Positions 18,324 to 28,261 are shown, numbered from the stretch's first letter. The stretch: DNA of 64,000 bases from Thermoprotei archaeon (GCA_021162845.1 JAGGXX010000054.1:4537-68536), one strand, 5' to 3'. The notes: generated by a model from the sequence alone, not told the origin. Translations and numbers: made by a program.

Positions 18324-19603
18324 CACATCCGTAATACGGTGGGGAGAAGCTCCCAGCCATGATCTATCACGCCAAGGCTGCCTCTCTCGATGCACTCCCT
18401 CTCCGAAATCCTCGTAACCGAGTCAGGCTCTGTGTTGGGAGAGACGAATATCACTGGGACAGGATCATCGGTGTGCGTGCGTAAGCGCCATGGCGTGGCG
18501 TGATCCGAGGTTATAAGTAAACAGTATTCGCTTAGATCAATTCTCTCCAGAAGGGGACCGATGAAGTGCTTGTCTATCATCTCTATCGCCTTCACCTTAC
18601 GTTTGAAATCACCATCATGGCCCGGTTCATCGGGTCCCTTCAGATGCACGTAGACGGCATCGTTACGTCTTAATAAACGCAATGCGACATCAAGCCTCAG
18701 CTCGTAGTCTTTCTTCTTATCGGCAGAAGGTGGGGGAACCTCGCCTATGTCCATACCTAGAAGCCTAGCTATACCCTTTTCAACAGGCATTTCCGTTATC
18801 GCGGCGAAGCGCCTATTGAAGACCTCACTAATCGGCACCACCTTAGGCAATCTGCCCCCGCAATCCCTTAAGAGTATGGCATTAGCCTTAAGCCTGCCTT
18901 CTGCTTCCCGTCTCTTATTAATTGGGTGATCTTTAAGTAATTCCATAGCCTTTCGTGAGAATACGTTTACGAGCTCTGCGGCTCTTCTGGCCTCATCCGT
19001 TTCCTCCAGCGGACGACATTCCTTTATATAGGGACGAAATTCCTTAGCCGCAACGGATATATCGCCGACCCTTACATATGCTGGATCGGTATTGGTGACT
19101 TTATCCGAAAGGTTATACTTCTCGCTTCCTATTATGACCACGGCACGATGCCCTATTGTAGCTAGTACCCTTACATAGCCCTCATGAAGACCTAGTTCCA
19201 TACCATCGAGGGATTTCGCGAGTTCTCGTGCTTCTTCGCTCGCTATATCACGGCCACAGCGCCTATCGATAAGCCTCCCCGTATTCTCGTCTATGGTGGC
19301 AAAGTTAGCTCGAAAAGCTATCTCACGGCCTTCCTTGATGCGGATGCCTAGACCTAAGGCCTCTAGGGGACCTCGACCGGTATAATATCTATGGGGATCA
19401 TAGCCCAAGATGGAGAGGACTGCGGTATCGCTCTCTGGGGCTATCCCTTTGCCTATGGTATATACGGCGCCGCATATGCCCCTTCGAGCTAACTCATCTA
19501 GGTTAGGGGTCTCGGCCGCTTCATAAGAAGTAGGAGAGTCCTGAGGTCTATCTGCAGCGCCATCAAGCACTACGTAAATCAGTTTTAGGCCCAAATTGAT
19601 CAC
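18320..19603 (-). CDS. apgM: 2,3-bisphosphoglycerate-independent phosphoglycerate mutase, archaeal type
   Basis: N-terminus MINLGLKLIYVVLDGAADRP... and ...DHATP... are characteristic of the ApgM family. ~427 aa. Confidence 0.8.
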   Translation of the reverse strand: MINLGLKLIYVVLDGAADRPQDSPTSYEAAETPNLDELARRGICGAVYTIGKGIAPESDTAVLSILGYDPHRYYTGRGPLEALGLGIRIKEGREIAFRANFATIDENTGRLIDRRCGRDIASEEARELAKSLDGMELGLHEGYVRVLATIGHRAVVIIGSEKYNLSDKVTNTDPAYVRVGDISVAAKEFRPYIKECRPLEETDEARRAAELVNVFSRKAMELLKDHPINKRREAEGRLKANAILLRDCGGRLPKVVPISEVFNRRFAAITEMPVEKGIARLLGMDIGEVPPPSADKKKDYELRLDVALRLLRRNDAVYVHLKGPDEPGHDGDFKRKVKAIEMIDKHFIGPLLERIDLSEYCLLITSDHATPWRLRTHTDDPVPVIFVSPNTEPDSVTRISERECIERGSLGVIDHGWELLPTVLRMC

Positions 19604-19679
19604 CGCATTATGCCATGAGAATCCAAGCTATTTAGCTGTTTTCGAGCTCTCTGTGACCTAAGTGAAAGGCTGATGAAGC

Positions 19680-21068
19680 TTAGACATCGAGGTAGAGTAG
19701 GTACTCTATAGGCGATGGTCTTAAGTTGACCTCCCTAGCCTCCTTAAGCTTATGTTCTATGTATTTCTCCAATACTTCACGCGGTATGAAGGGATGTAGG
19801 AAGTCGTTATCACTCTCCAATTCCTCAAGAGCCTCTATGAGGGAAGCGGGTAGGGATCGTATGCTTCTCCTCTTGCTTGGCGGCATGTGATATATGTTCT
19901 CATCAACTGGATCCCCAGGATCTATTTTCTTATTAATGCCATCTAGGCCAGCAGCTAGCATAGCTATGAAGGCCATGTAGGGATTGCATGAGGGATCGGG
20001 CGGTCTGAATTCTATGCGCTTAATCATAGGGTTCTTAACGTTATAGGCGGGTATCCTGACAGCTGCTGAGCGGTTCGCACGACTCCATACCAGGTAAACA
20101 GGAGCCTCATAGCCTGGAACCAGTCGCTTATAGGAATTGACGGTAGGAGCGACTATAGCTGCTAGAGCCCTGCTATGCTCCAATAAACCACCGATGTAGT
20201 AGCGTGCCAGTTGGCTTAACATGGCGTAATCGTCGTCCGGATCATGGAATAGATTCTCATCCCCTCTAAATAAGCTCTGATGGGTATGCATTCCTGAGCC
20301 GTTGTCCCCATATATGGGCTTCGGCATAAACGTAGCGAAAAGGCCCATTTTCACGGCAAGGGACTTCGCTAAGTACTTTAGTATCATTATCGAGTCACAC
20401 ATTTTCCTGAGAGTGTTGCACCTCATGTTCACCTCTATTTGACCAGCAGTGGCTACCTCATGGTGATGACAATCAACGGTTATTCCCCATTGCTCTAGGG
20501 ATTCGACCAACTTATTTCGGTACTCCATTAGCCTATCGCTCGGAGGAACCCTATAGTAAGCTTGCTTCGGAAGCAGGAGACCGCCGCACCATGGCGCCTC
20601 CTCGGACTTTATCTCCACATGCTGAAACCAAGGCTCTTTGACGTCTATTTTTACCTCATTGAAAACGAAGAATTCCGGTTCAGGACCCCAGTAAGAGGTC
20701 AGACCTTGCTCTCTCAACTTCTCCTCGGCGAGTTCAGCTAGATATCTAGAATCTGAGGTATGGAATTCCCCATTCGGCTTTAGGACGTAACAGAATACGT
20801 AAGCTATGTTCCCATCCAGTATCATGGAGGATACATCGGGTGCTAGATTTAGATCTGATTCCTCTATTTCAGAAAAGCCCTTAATGCTTGAGCCATCTAA
20901 CTTTGTTAAGAAACCCTCCCTAAGGCCTTCGAGGAATGGGGGCTTAGTAACTGTGACGTGTCTTAAAGATCCGAAGAGATCCACGAACCAGAGATCCACG
21001 AATTTTACGTTACTGAGCCTTTCCTCCACCTTTTTGAGCTTAGTTTCCTCCAGCCCCCGGACTCCCAT
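19680..21068 (-). CDS. glnA: glutamine synthetase (type I)
   Basis: The beta-grasp N-domain (VKFVDLWFVDLFGSLRHVTV) and catalytic-domain motifs (NGSGMHTHQSLF; ...RIPAYNVKNPMIKRIEFRPPDPSCNPY) are present. Confidence 0.9.
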   Translation of the reverse strand: MGVRGLEETKLKKVEERLSNVKFVDLWFVDLFGSLRHVTVTKPPFLEGLREGFLTKLDGSSIKGFSEIEESDLNLAPDVSSMILDGNIAYVFCYVLKPNGEFHTSDSRYLAELAEEKLREQGLTSYWGPEPEFFVFNEVKIDVKEPWFQHVEIKSEEAPWCGGLLLPKQAYYRVPPSDRLMEYRNKLVESLEQWGITVDCHHHEVATAGQIEVNMRCNTLRKMCDSIMILKYLAKSLAVKMGLFATFMPKPIYGDNGSGMHTHQSLFRGDENLFHDPDDDYAMLSQLARYYIGGLLEHSRALAAIVAPTVNSYKRLVPGYEAPVYLVWSRANRSAAVRIPAYNVKNPMIKRIEFRPPDPSCNPYMAFIAMLAAGLDGINKKIDPGDPVDENIYHMPPSKRRSIRSLPASLIEALEELESDNDFLHPFIPREVLEKYIEHKLKEAREVNLRPSPIEYLLYLDV

Positions 21069-21221
21069 ATGACCTCACGTCTTGAGGTATACCTATCGCA
21101 TAACGAGGTATCCGTTATTTAACATACATATATAAATGTTTCACATAATATAGCATCATGATATTTCATCAAATTATTAAAAAAGAGGTGAACGCATGCC
21201 TTCAAGTTCACATGAATATGC

Positions 21222-21782
21222 TCAGAGGCCCAAGCGCTCATGAATCTCCTGTAAAGCCCTAAGGCCTATCTCCAGGAACTCAGTTAGGCTTAATCCAAGC
21301 TGTTCGCAAAGGAGGATCTTGGCCCTATCAACGCTACGTGCGAAGTCCTTTTGCTTCATTTTCCTCTTAAGACTCTTGACCTTAACTTCCTCTAGCTTCT
21401 TATGAGGCATCACCAAGGCTGTGGCTACTATTAGTCCTGAGAGCTGATCCGCAGCTTTAAGCGCTAGGGCTAGAGGTGAATCATCCTTGAAGCCTGTGAG
21501 ATCATTATGAGCCTTGATAGCGTTAAGTGCCTCTTCCGGGAGTAGGCCTTTAAGCATCTCGGCGCTTTCGAGGCCATGTTTGCTCATGTCCTTTCCGACA
21601 CGTTCGTAATCTACGTCGTGGAGTAGACCTACTAGGCCCCAGAGCTCCTCATCCTCATTGATCCTCTTAGCTATGGAGCGCATTATAGCCTCTACGGCGA
21701 GCATATGTTTCAATAGCTTGTCGTTACGCACGTTCTCCCTTAGTAGCCTTAAGGCCTCGTCACGCGTTATCATAGCTAGCAC
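21222..21782 (-). CDS. HD-domain phosphohydrolase
   Basis: Motifs H...HD (LLHDVDYE) plus a downstream His/Asp. 186 aa. It overlaps the upstream gene by 23 nt. Confidence 0.55.
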   Translation of the reverse strand: MLAMITRDEALRLLRENVRNDKLLKHMLAVEAIMRSIAKRINEDEELWGLVGLLHDVDYERVGKDMSKHGLESAEMLKGLLPEEALNAIKAHNDLTGFKDDSPLALALKAADQLSGLIVATALVMPHKKLEEVKVKSLKRKMKQKDFARSVDRAKILLCEQLGLSLTEFLEIGLRALQEIHERLGL

Positions 21783-22617
21783 CGGTTAGCCTTTTAGCGC
21801 CCACGCTTATTATAAGCATTAATTCAAGTATCTTATAGACGTCAAGTACGTCCTCAGTGTTATATTCCACAACGAGCCCATCCCTTCGTTTAACGCCAGG
21901 TATTAGCTCCACGAAGTCCGCTATGAGGCTATCAGTGAACTCCACGGATACTTCATAGGGGCCCTTAGGGGCAAAGACTGGGATCTCGTTCCTCTTGACC
22001 TTCTCCAGTGCCCGCCTGACCGCAGACTTTATAGTCTCGTAAACCGCTAGGGGATGCCTCATTAAAGCAGCGGATCGGGAGAGTCCTTTCTTGGTCTCAA
22101 CGACTTCTATTTGAGGTATGAGCTCCTTAGCATGAGCCACGAGTTTATCATCGCCTGTCACTAGGGCTACTGGAATCCCAAATCGCCCGGCTACAGCTGC
22201 GTTAAGCCAAAACTCGCTGACCTCCTCATCATTAATTCTGATCCTCTGGATCATCACTCCGCTCAGCGTATGATCCCATATGGAGTAAGGGATGCCCTTC
22301 CTAGAGTGGTAACCTATAAAGAAGGCTGCATCGAATCCCTCATCCATCAAACTTACCATAGAAAGGGGTTTAGGAAAGCCGTAGATTACATTGACGTAAT
22401 CAGGTAATTCCTCCAATAAGAGATTCGTCATACTACCATGTGCATCATTAACTACGATCATATCAACGCCAAAGTCCTTCGCGCCTTCAATCGCGGCTTT
22501 GACCTCAAGGGTCATTAACTTCCTACCGCGTTCATACTCCCTCTTACCTGGTCCTAGCTGATGAATGGAGGCTATGCCAGATATGCCCTCCATGTCGACG
22601 GATATATAAAGACGCAT
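21760..22617 (-). CDS. dppA: peptidase M55 family (D-aminopeptidase DppA-like)
   Basis: N-terminus MRLYISVDMEGISGIASIHQ matches the DppA/M55 family start (MKLYISxDMEGISG). Confidence 0.65.
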   Translation of the reverse strand: MRLYISVDMEGISGIASIHQLGPGKREYERGRKLMTLEVKAAIEGAKDFGVDMIVVNDAHGSMTNLLLEELPDYVNVIYGFPKPLSMVSLMDEGFDAAFFIGYHSRKGIPYSIWDHTLSGVMIQRIRINDEEVSEFWLNAAVAGRFGIPVALVTGDDKLVAHAKELIPQIEVVETKKGLSRSAALMRHPLAVYETIKSAVRRALEKVKRNEIPVFAPKGPYEVSVEFTDSLIADFVELIPGVKRRDGLVVEYNTEDVLDVYKILELMLIISVGAKRLTGASYDNA

Positions 22618-22679
22618 GATCGGTCACCGGATATCAGCCTTTATGGGATGAATATTTAGCTTTATTTAGGCTCAAGGCG

Positions 22680-23249
22680 TTGAATGAGCATGAGCACGAT
22701 ACCGTTATGGGGGTATATTCAGGTGGAGGTTCAATGAGCTATCAGGACTTCATTGTGGCACTGAGAATAATGGATAGATTGAGGGAAGCGCCCTTTTTAC
22801 CCACCCCGTTGCACGTGATAAGGGAGATGCTAAATCTAGCGCGTCCTAAGCCAGGGGAAGTGCTAGTCGATTTAGGTAGTGGAGATGGTAGAGTGTTAAT
22901 ATTGGCGGCTAAGGAGTATAGATGTAGGTGTGTTGGTTATGAGGTAGATCCGCGACTAGTTAAGATCTCTGAGGAGATGATAAGAAGAGAGGGGCTTACA
23001 GACCTCGTGGGGGTGGTGAGGGGTGACCTTTTTAGGGCTAATATATCTTGTGCAGACGTCATTACGATATATTTATCACCGGATGCTATGAGACGCTTGG
23101 AGCCCAAGTTAAGGAACGAGACTAAAGGGGGTGCGAGAATGGTAAGCCATGATTATCCAATACCGGGGTGGCAACCGGTAAGAGTTAAGAGGATAGATAC
23201 AGGAGGTATACATGTTCATAGGATATACCTTTACATCAAGGAGGGATGA
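22680..23249 (+). CDS. class I SAM-dependent methyltransferase
   Basis: Motif I VLVDLGSGDGRVLILAA, followed by an acidic residue at the end of beta-2 (GYEVD). Confidence 0.55.
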   Translation: MNEHEHDTVMGVYSGGGSMSYQDFIVALRIMDRLREAPFLPTPLHVIREMLNLARPKPGEVLVDLGSGDGRVLILAAKEYRCRCVGYEVDPRLVKISEEMIRREGLTDLVGVVRGDLFRANISCADVITIYLSPDAMRRLEPKLRNETKGGARMVSHDYPIPGWQPVRVKRIDTGGIHVHRIYLYIKEG

Positions 23250-23352
23250 GCCCACCTGGAGATGATGAGCGCGTTGATGCCTGACATATGATGAGAGGAG
23301 CGGGTCTGATCTGAAAATGATATTTAGGATCATCCACTAATTCTCATAGGCT

Positions 23353-23661
23353 ATGGAGGGAACGCTTCGTAAGAGGATAACGGCCATTCTTGAGGAGAAC
23401 GAGGAACCGCTTACCGTAGACGATATAATAACTAGGTTAGGGCTGAGGCCTTATCACAAGAGGTTAGTCTATGGGAGCCTATCGCATATAGCGAAGAGCA
23501 TCAGGAGGAGCGGAGGAATACTGATGATGCGCGCTCCCTACTGCCTCAATTGTGGATACGTGTTCACCGACCTTAAGAGGATAAGGAAACCTAGTAGGTG
23601 CCCACGCTGCAAGAGCGAGAGGATAGCACCTCCGACCTTCATGATAAAGAGACGAGGATGA
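23353..23661 (+). CDS. small wHTH protein with C-terminal zinc ribbon (CxxC...CxxC), putative transcriptional regulator
   Basis: N-terminal helix-turn-helix-like LTVDDIITRLGLRPYHKRLVYGSLSHIAKSI. C-terminal CLNCGYVF...CPRCKSERIAP. Confidence 0.3.
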   Translation: MEGTLRKRITAILEENEEPLTVDDIITRLGLRPYHKRLVYGSLSHIAKSIRRSGGILMMRAPYCLNCGYVFTDLKRIRKPSRCPRCKSERIAPPTFMIKRRG

Positions 23662-23727
23662 TATCTGGGTATTGAAGTGCGTTCCACTTATAAAAGCCCC
23701 TTTAGACCTTAAAGATGATGAACCGCC

Positions 23728-25266
23728 ATGAGGCCTAGTGATATCATAGTAGTGGTAGATTACGGGGGACAGTACACACACCTCATAGCTAGGAGGGTGC
23801 GACAGCTGAGGGTATACTCGGAGATCGTTCCATACCATGCTTCCATAGAGCGTATAATCAGGCTGAGACCAAGGGGACTGATACTATCGGGTGGACCGAG
23901 AAGCGTTTATGATACAAATGCCCCCAAGCTGGATAAGAGGCTACTAGAACTGGGCATACCGGTTTTAGGCATATGTTATGGCCATCAGCTAATAGCTCAC
24001 ACGCTAGGGGGAAAGGTGGATAGAGGAGTGGGGGAGTATGGAAAAGCGATGCTCAGAATACTCAAAAAGGATCCCCTCTTTGAGGGATTAGACGCTGAGG
24101 AAACCGTATGGATGAGTCATAGGGATCAAGTGGTGAAGTTACCTGAGTCGCTTGAAGCATTGGCCTGCACCGAGAATACGCCGATAGCCGCTTTTAAGCA
24201 TAAGAAGCTACCAATCTATGGGGTTCAGTTTCACATAGAGGTCTCACATACCCCTAAGGGAATGAAGCTCTTGGAGAATTTCCTCTATAAGATATGCGAA
24301 TGTAGCCCATCATGGAACCCGACTAACATGATAGAGAGGATAGTAAGGGAGATAAGGAGAAGCGTAAGGGCTAACGAGAAGGTCCTATGCGCCGTAAGCG
24401 GCGGTATAGATTCCACCACCACTGCGGTTCTAGTTCATAGGGCTATAGGGGATAGGCTAGTAACGGTTTTCGTGAACCACGGCCTCATGAGAAAGGGCGA
24501 ACCAGAATACGTGTTAAAGGTGCTTAGGGAGTTAGGGCTTAATCCCATATACGTCGATGCCAAGGATAGGTTCTTGGGAAGGCTAAAAGGGATAGCGGAC
24601 CCTGAGGAAAAGAGGAAGGTCATAGGCGAAGAGTTCATAAGGGTCTTCGAAGAAGTAGCCAAGAATATACAGGGGATTAAATGGCTCGCCCAGGGAACAA
24701 TATACCCGGACGTGATAGAAAGCGGTAGTAGCAGTGCAGGAGCAGCGAGGATAAAGAGCCATCATAATGTTGGCGCTCTTCCTGAGAAAATGGGACTTAA
24801 GCTCCTCGAACCTCTAAGGTACTTCTACAAGGATGAGGTACGCATGATAGCTAGGGAGTTGGGAATACCTGAGAAGCTTATAAGGCGTCACCCCTTCCCA
24901 GGCCCTGGACTTGCCGTCAGGATTATAGGCGAGGTTACCCCCGAGAAGCTGAGGATAGTAAGGGAGGCCTCGGCCATAGTGGAGGAGGAGCTAAGGAGAG
25001 CGGGGCTATATGACGACGTCTGGCAAGCCTTCGCCGTTGTAGGCAATGACACGTGGGTGGGGGTCCTCGGTGATGAACGCAGACTAGGTCATATAGTTAT
25101 AATTAGGATAGTCGAGAGCGTAGAGGCTATGACCGCGGATTGGGCTCGTATACCGTATGAAGTCCTGGATAGAATTAGCCGTAGGATCACAGGCGAAGTA
25201 GAAGGCGTTACCATGGTCGCATATGCCATCTCATCTAAACCGCCGAGCACCATAGAACCTTGTTAA
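23728..25266 (+). CDS. guaA: GMP synthase (glutamine-hydrolysing), bifunctional GATase + ATP pyrophosphatase
   Basis: GATase catalytic Cys in GICYGHQL. PP-loop SGGIDSTT. The C-terminal dimerisation domain ends ...VEGVTMVAYAISSKPPSTIEPC. Confidence 0.9.
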   Translation: MRPSDIIVVVDYGGQYTHLIARRVRQLRVYSEIVPYHASIERIIRLRPRGLILSGGPRSVYDTNAPKLDKRLLELGIPVLGICYGHQLIAHTLGGKVDRGVGEYGKAMLRILKKDPLFEGLDAEETVWMSHRDQVVKLPESLEALACTENTPIAAFKHKKLPIYGVQFHIEVSHTPKGMKLLENFLYKICECSPSWNPTNMIERIVREIRRSVRANEKVLCAVSGGIDSTTTAVLVHRAIGDRLVTVFVNHGLMRKGEPEYVLKVLRELGLNPIYVDAKDRFLGRLKGIADPEEKRKVIGEEFIRVFEEVAKNIQGIKWLAQGTIYPDVIESGSSSAGAARIKSHHNVGALPEKMGLKLLEPLRYFYKDEVRMIARELGIPEKLIRRHPFPGPGLAVRIIGEVTPEKLRIVREASAIVEEELRRAGLYDDVWQAFAVVGNDTWVGVLGDERRLGHIVIIRIVESVEAMTADWARIPYEVLDRISRRITGEVEGVTMVAYAISSKPPSTIEPC

Positions 25267-25471
25267 AGGCCAAGCTAAGGCATGGGAAAGACCAGCTTGA
25301 ATACCTCATGGTAATGAGAAGCTTAGGGAACCTCGATGATGAACGATGAGAAGCTATCTTCAGAATAATACCTAAAAATATTATCATAGATTAACACACG
25401 TAAATAAGAGAGTACATGAAGGAAAATCCAGTAATGAATGACATATTAAGATAATAGTAAAGAGAAAAATA

Positions 25472-25837
25472 TCATTCAACGTTTATCTTCTTGCCAGCTA
25501 TCTTCTTCGGTAAGATAACGGTCAAAAGGCCATTTTCGTATTTAGCAATGACGTTGTCTGGATTTACCTCTGAGGGTAGGACTAGGTATCTGTGATATAC
25601 TGGCGATATGTAAAATCTGCGAGCCTCTTCGGGTATCTTAGCCTTAACGCGGACTGCACGTCCATCAACGTAGAGCTCTATATCCTCCTTTCTAAGGCCG
25701 GGCATTACGAACCTTAGCACTATTTTATCTACCTGATCCTCTAGGTCCACTCCTTCCAATAGTGCTAATCCCTTCTTCAAACGCCCGATGAGTGCACTAA
25801 GAGGTGGCATGGTTAAGGAGAACACATATACGCCCAT
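25472..25837 (-). CDS. hsp20: Hsp20/alpha-crystallin family small heat shock protein
   Basis: Alpha-crystallin domain with ...ENGLLTVILPKK... 121 aa. Confidence 0.85.
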   Translation of the reverse strand: MGVYVFSLTMPPLSALIGRLKKGLALLEGVDLEDQVDKIVLRFVMPGLRKEDIELYVDGRAVRVKAKIPEEARRFYISPVYHRYLVLPSEVNPDNVIAKYENGLLTVILPKKIAGKKINVE

Positions 25838-25847
25838 TTACCACACC

Positions 25848-26273
25848 TCATTCGATCGGTACCCGCCTCCACCCTCTGCCCCTTTCTCTTCGCATAAGAC
25901 CCTCCATTATCAGTAATGACGTTAAGAGCAGGCGTTCTCCCTTGGGAGATAACTGGTATGCGCCGTTCCGTTTGTCCACGAGACCGCAACGAGTCATGAG
26001 TTTTAGATTAAAAGACACGATCCTAGGATTCATGCTCAGGCTGGAGACGAAGTCCTGAAATCTCATTCTTTTACGTCTTAACATCTCGAGCATCATCAAT
26101 AACCGCTTCGCATTGGAAAGAGCCTTATGCACTTCAGTGAATTCCCTTACCTCGTTAAGCGTCTGATCTACATCTCCCAATAATCTGGTCATTATATCCC
26201 TGAGTTCTTCCTGCGGTAGACTGAAATCAATTAGCTTCTCATCGTCCTTCATTATTATTATCCTTAACTTCAA
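25848..26273 (-). CDS. winged-HTH (ArsR-like) transcriptional regulator, co-directional with and 10 nt upstream of hsp20
   Basis: HTH-like segment ...RFQDFVSSLSMNPRIVSFNLKLMTRCGLVDKRNGAYQLSPKGERLL. The track start is TTG (26273); an in-frame ATG lies at 26252. Confidence 0.5.
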   Translation of the reverse strand: MKLRIIIMKDDEKLIDFSLPQEELRDIMTRLLGDVDQTLNEVREFTEVHKALSNAKRLLMMLEMLRRKRMRFQDFVSSLSMNPRIVSFNLKLMTRCGLVDKRNGAYQLSPKGERLLLTSLLIMEGLMRRERGRGWRRVPIE

Positions 26274-26293
26274 GGGGCTCTCCTCGGGGAGGT

Positions 26294-26321
26294 TACATTA
26301 ATGTAATTACATTAATGTAAT
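26294..26321. promoter_or_regulatory. two tandem copies of the perfect 14-bp palindrome TTACATTAATGTAA in the promoter of the regulator-hsp20 operon
   Basis: Seen directly: ggTTACATTAATGTAATTACATTAATGTAAtttaagc. It lies 21-48 bp upstream of the TTG start and overlaps AT-rich TATA-like sequence. Confidence 0.55.
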
Positions 26322-26390
26322 TTAAGCTTTCCTCTAAAGCGGCATAGACCATGGGGAGTTCCTGGGACGTAAGTAGCAACGTCAAACACA

Positions 26391-26807
26391 TCAAGGGACT
26401 AGGGGTTCGCTAGTCCTCAACCTCCTCTCCTCCTTGAGCCTCCAGAGGCCCTTAGCTGGATCCTCGATCACTATCTCCAGTCTGCTTATCAATTGATCAT
26501 TGATTAGAACTTCATCACTATACTCGGAGATGACTAAGAAAGAGGCCATGGGGTGCGCCTTAATGCCTTCTGCAATTAGGGATACCTCAGCCCCCTTAAT
26601 CCTATAGACCCTGACTAAGCCCGATGTGGACCCATAGGTTTCAACCAACGTTCCCTCAAGCAGGCTTGGTCACACTCCCAGCCGTTCAGCGATGAGGATA
26701 GGGATCAATATCTCTGGGACATCTCCTTCGAAACCCGTGCTAACTAACGCAGTGACGCCGACGTTTTTACCTCTATATTTCACCTCTATCCTCACCCTTA
26801 CGCCCAT
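26391..26807 (-). pseudogene. retropepsin-like (clan AA) aspartic-protease-like reading frame interrupted by an in-frame TGA; catalytic DTG reads STG
   Basis: A minus-strand frame from ATG 26807 gives MGVRVRIEVKYRGKNVGVTALVSTGFEGDVPEILIPILIAERLGV, then TGA (26672..26670). The same frame continues as PSLLEGT + LVETYGSTSGLVRVYRIKG... (track ORF 26391..26648, TTG start). Both pieces share the reading frame (coordinates congruent mod 3). Confidence 0.3.
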
Positions 26808-27058
26808 GTGTAACCATCAGCCTGTGGGGTTTAAGATAGCCTATTCTTTTCCTCGCAAGTAATCTTAAGGGCTTAAGATAGCTTATCCTCTTTAAGGTTG
26901 ATGTGACCTCCTATTGATCATGCGGCGAAAACGTATTAAAGTCTATTTCCCACGATGTCTAAGTCTTTAAACTCCTTTATTCTTTAAAGTACCGGGATCT
27001 ATTCAATCATCAATGTTGACGAATTATTAATGATCGTATACTTAATGAGAAGTTAGAC

Positions 27059-27778
27059 TTAAACGTTGATTCCTAATAGTTTAGCTGCTTCACGTATGAT
27101 TCTAACTAAGTCGTCTAGTGCCGCATCCAGCCAGCTTTTGCCTTTTTCAGGACTAGCCTTAGTAGCGCTTCCGCTTAAAGCATCGGGATAGATTAGCCTT
27201 TCCACCTTTTTGGAGTAGATCTTCATCGAGGGATAAGACACCACGTGATCCATCGCCCTGCTCATTTTAACCGTATCAGGCGCTATGGCTAGCATCACAC
27301 TTGTCTCATCTTCACCAGCATGGCCTGGAGCCTCGAAGAGCTCTTTTTGAGCTTGAATCCCCAGATCGCTCCACCAGTTAAGCAGGATAACGTGCATTTC
27401 GGTCCTGAAAGCGGCTTCTCTAGCAGCTACTCCTAGGATCTCCGTATTGCCACCATGTCCATTCAATGTTACAAGCATGTGTATTCCGTTTCTCGCGGCT
27501 TCGACCATCACGTTAAGGACATAATTATACAGCACATTGGGCTCTATGTCAAATGTCCCAGGGAAGTCCTTAAGTCCTCGACAAGAACCATACCAAATAG
27601 GTGGAAGCACAAGTACATCAAGACGTTCCCTCAGGCGTTCTGCGAGGTACATGACCACCATAGTATCCGTCCCAAGTGGTAAATGATTTCCATGACGCTC
27701 TATGCTGCCCACGGGTAAGATAGCCACTGCTTTAGGGTGTTTTTCAAAGGCAGGCCCGCTTACTTCCCAAAGCTTCAT
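27059..27778 (-). CDS. creatininase-family amidohydrolase (possibly ArfB-like formamide hydrolase)
   Basis: N-terminal motif AVAILPVGSIERHGNHLPLGTDT and a later ...GHGGN... are hallmarks of the creatinine amidohydrolase family. Confidence 0.65.
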   Translation of the reverse strand: MKLWEVSGPAFEKHPKAVAILPVGSIERHGNHLPLGTDTMVVMYLAERLRERLDVLVLPPIWYGSCRGLKDFPGTFDIEPNVLYNYVLNVMVEAARNGIHMLVTLNGHGGNTEILGVAAREAAFRTEMHVILLNWWSDLGIQAQKELFEAPGHAGEDETSVMLAIAPDTVKMSRAMDHVVSYPSMKIYSKKVERLIYPDALSGSATKASPEKGKSWLDAALDDLVRIIREAAKLLGINV

Positions 27779-28048
27779 GATCTCATGCCTAGCTTTATTT
27801 TTAAGCGAATGACGCTATAAGCCTTGAGAGGGAGCGATAAAGATAAATAACCATATCAAGAGCCAATCCTTACTTATCTCATATCTCCCCAGACAAGGAT
27901 GTACCTCGGCCTTACTCATCAGGTATTATCATCACGTTAGCATCCGGAAGTGCTGTACGGTACTTTTTTACTAAGTTTAAGGCCGTCACTCCTCATCGCT
28001 CGTCCCATAGGCGCATGAGGGACCTGATGAAACGCTCTGAGATTACCA

Positions 28049-28261
28049 TTACCTCAGGGAACTAATGGTACGGAAGAGCCATTTGCTTAGGATCGCTAGC
28101 CCAGCTCCGTAGATCCCGAGACCTAAGATGAGGCGCCATAAATCAGCCCCAAGGCTTAACATCCTAATGACATATGATGAGGTCTCGTATATTAGGGATA
28201 GGAGCATAGTGCCTATTAAGACACAGGGCAATAGCTGGCCATACCTCATGGAGGCCACCAT
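28049..28261 (-). CDS. small hydrophobic protein (2 predicted TM helices), hypothetical
   Basis: 70-aa ORF made of two hydrophobic stretches. Weak support. Confidence 0.2.
   Translation of the reverse strand: MVASMRYGQLLPCVLIGTMLLSLIYETSSYVIRMLSLGADLWRLILGLGIYGAGLAILSKWLFRTISSLR

Noticed and set aside
26670-26672. in-frame TGA as a selenocysteine or programmed recoding site
   Set aside because: I see no SECIS-like structure. Sec usage is not expected in Crenarchaeota, and the putative catalytic motif is already degenerate (STG). The pseudogene interpretation is preferred.
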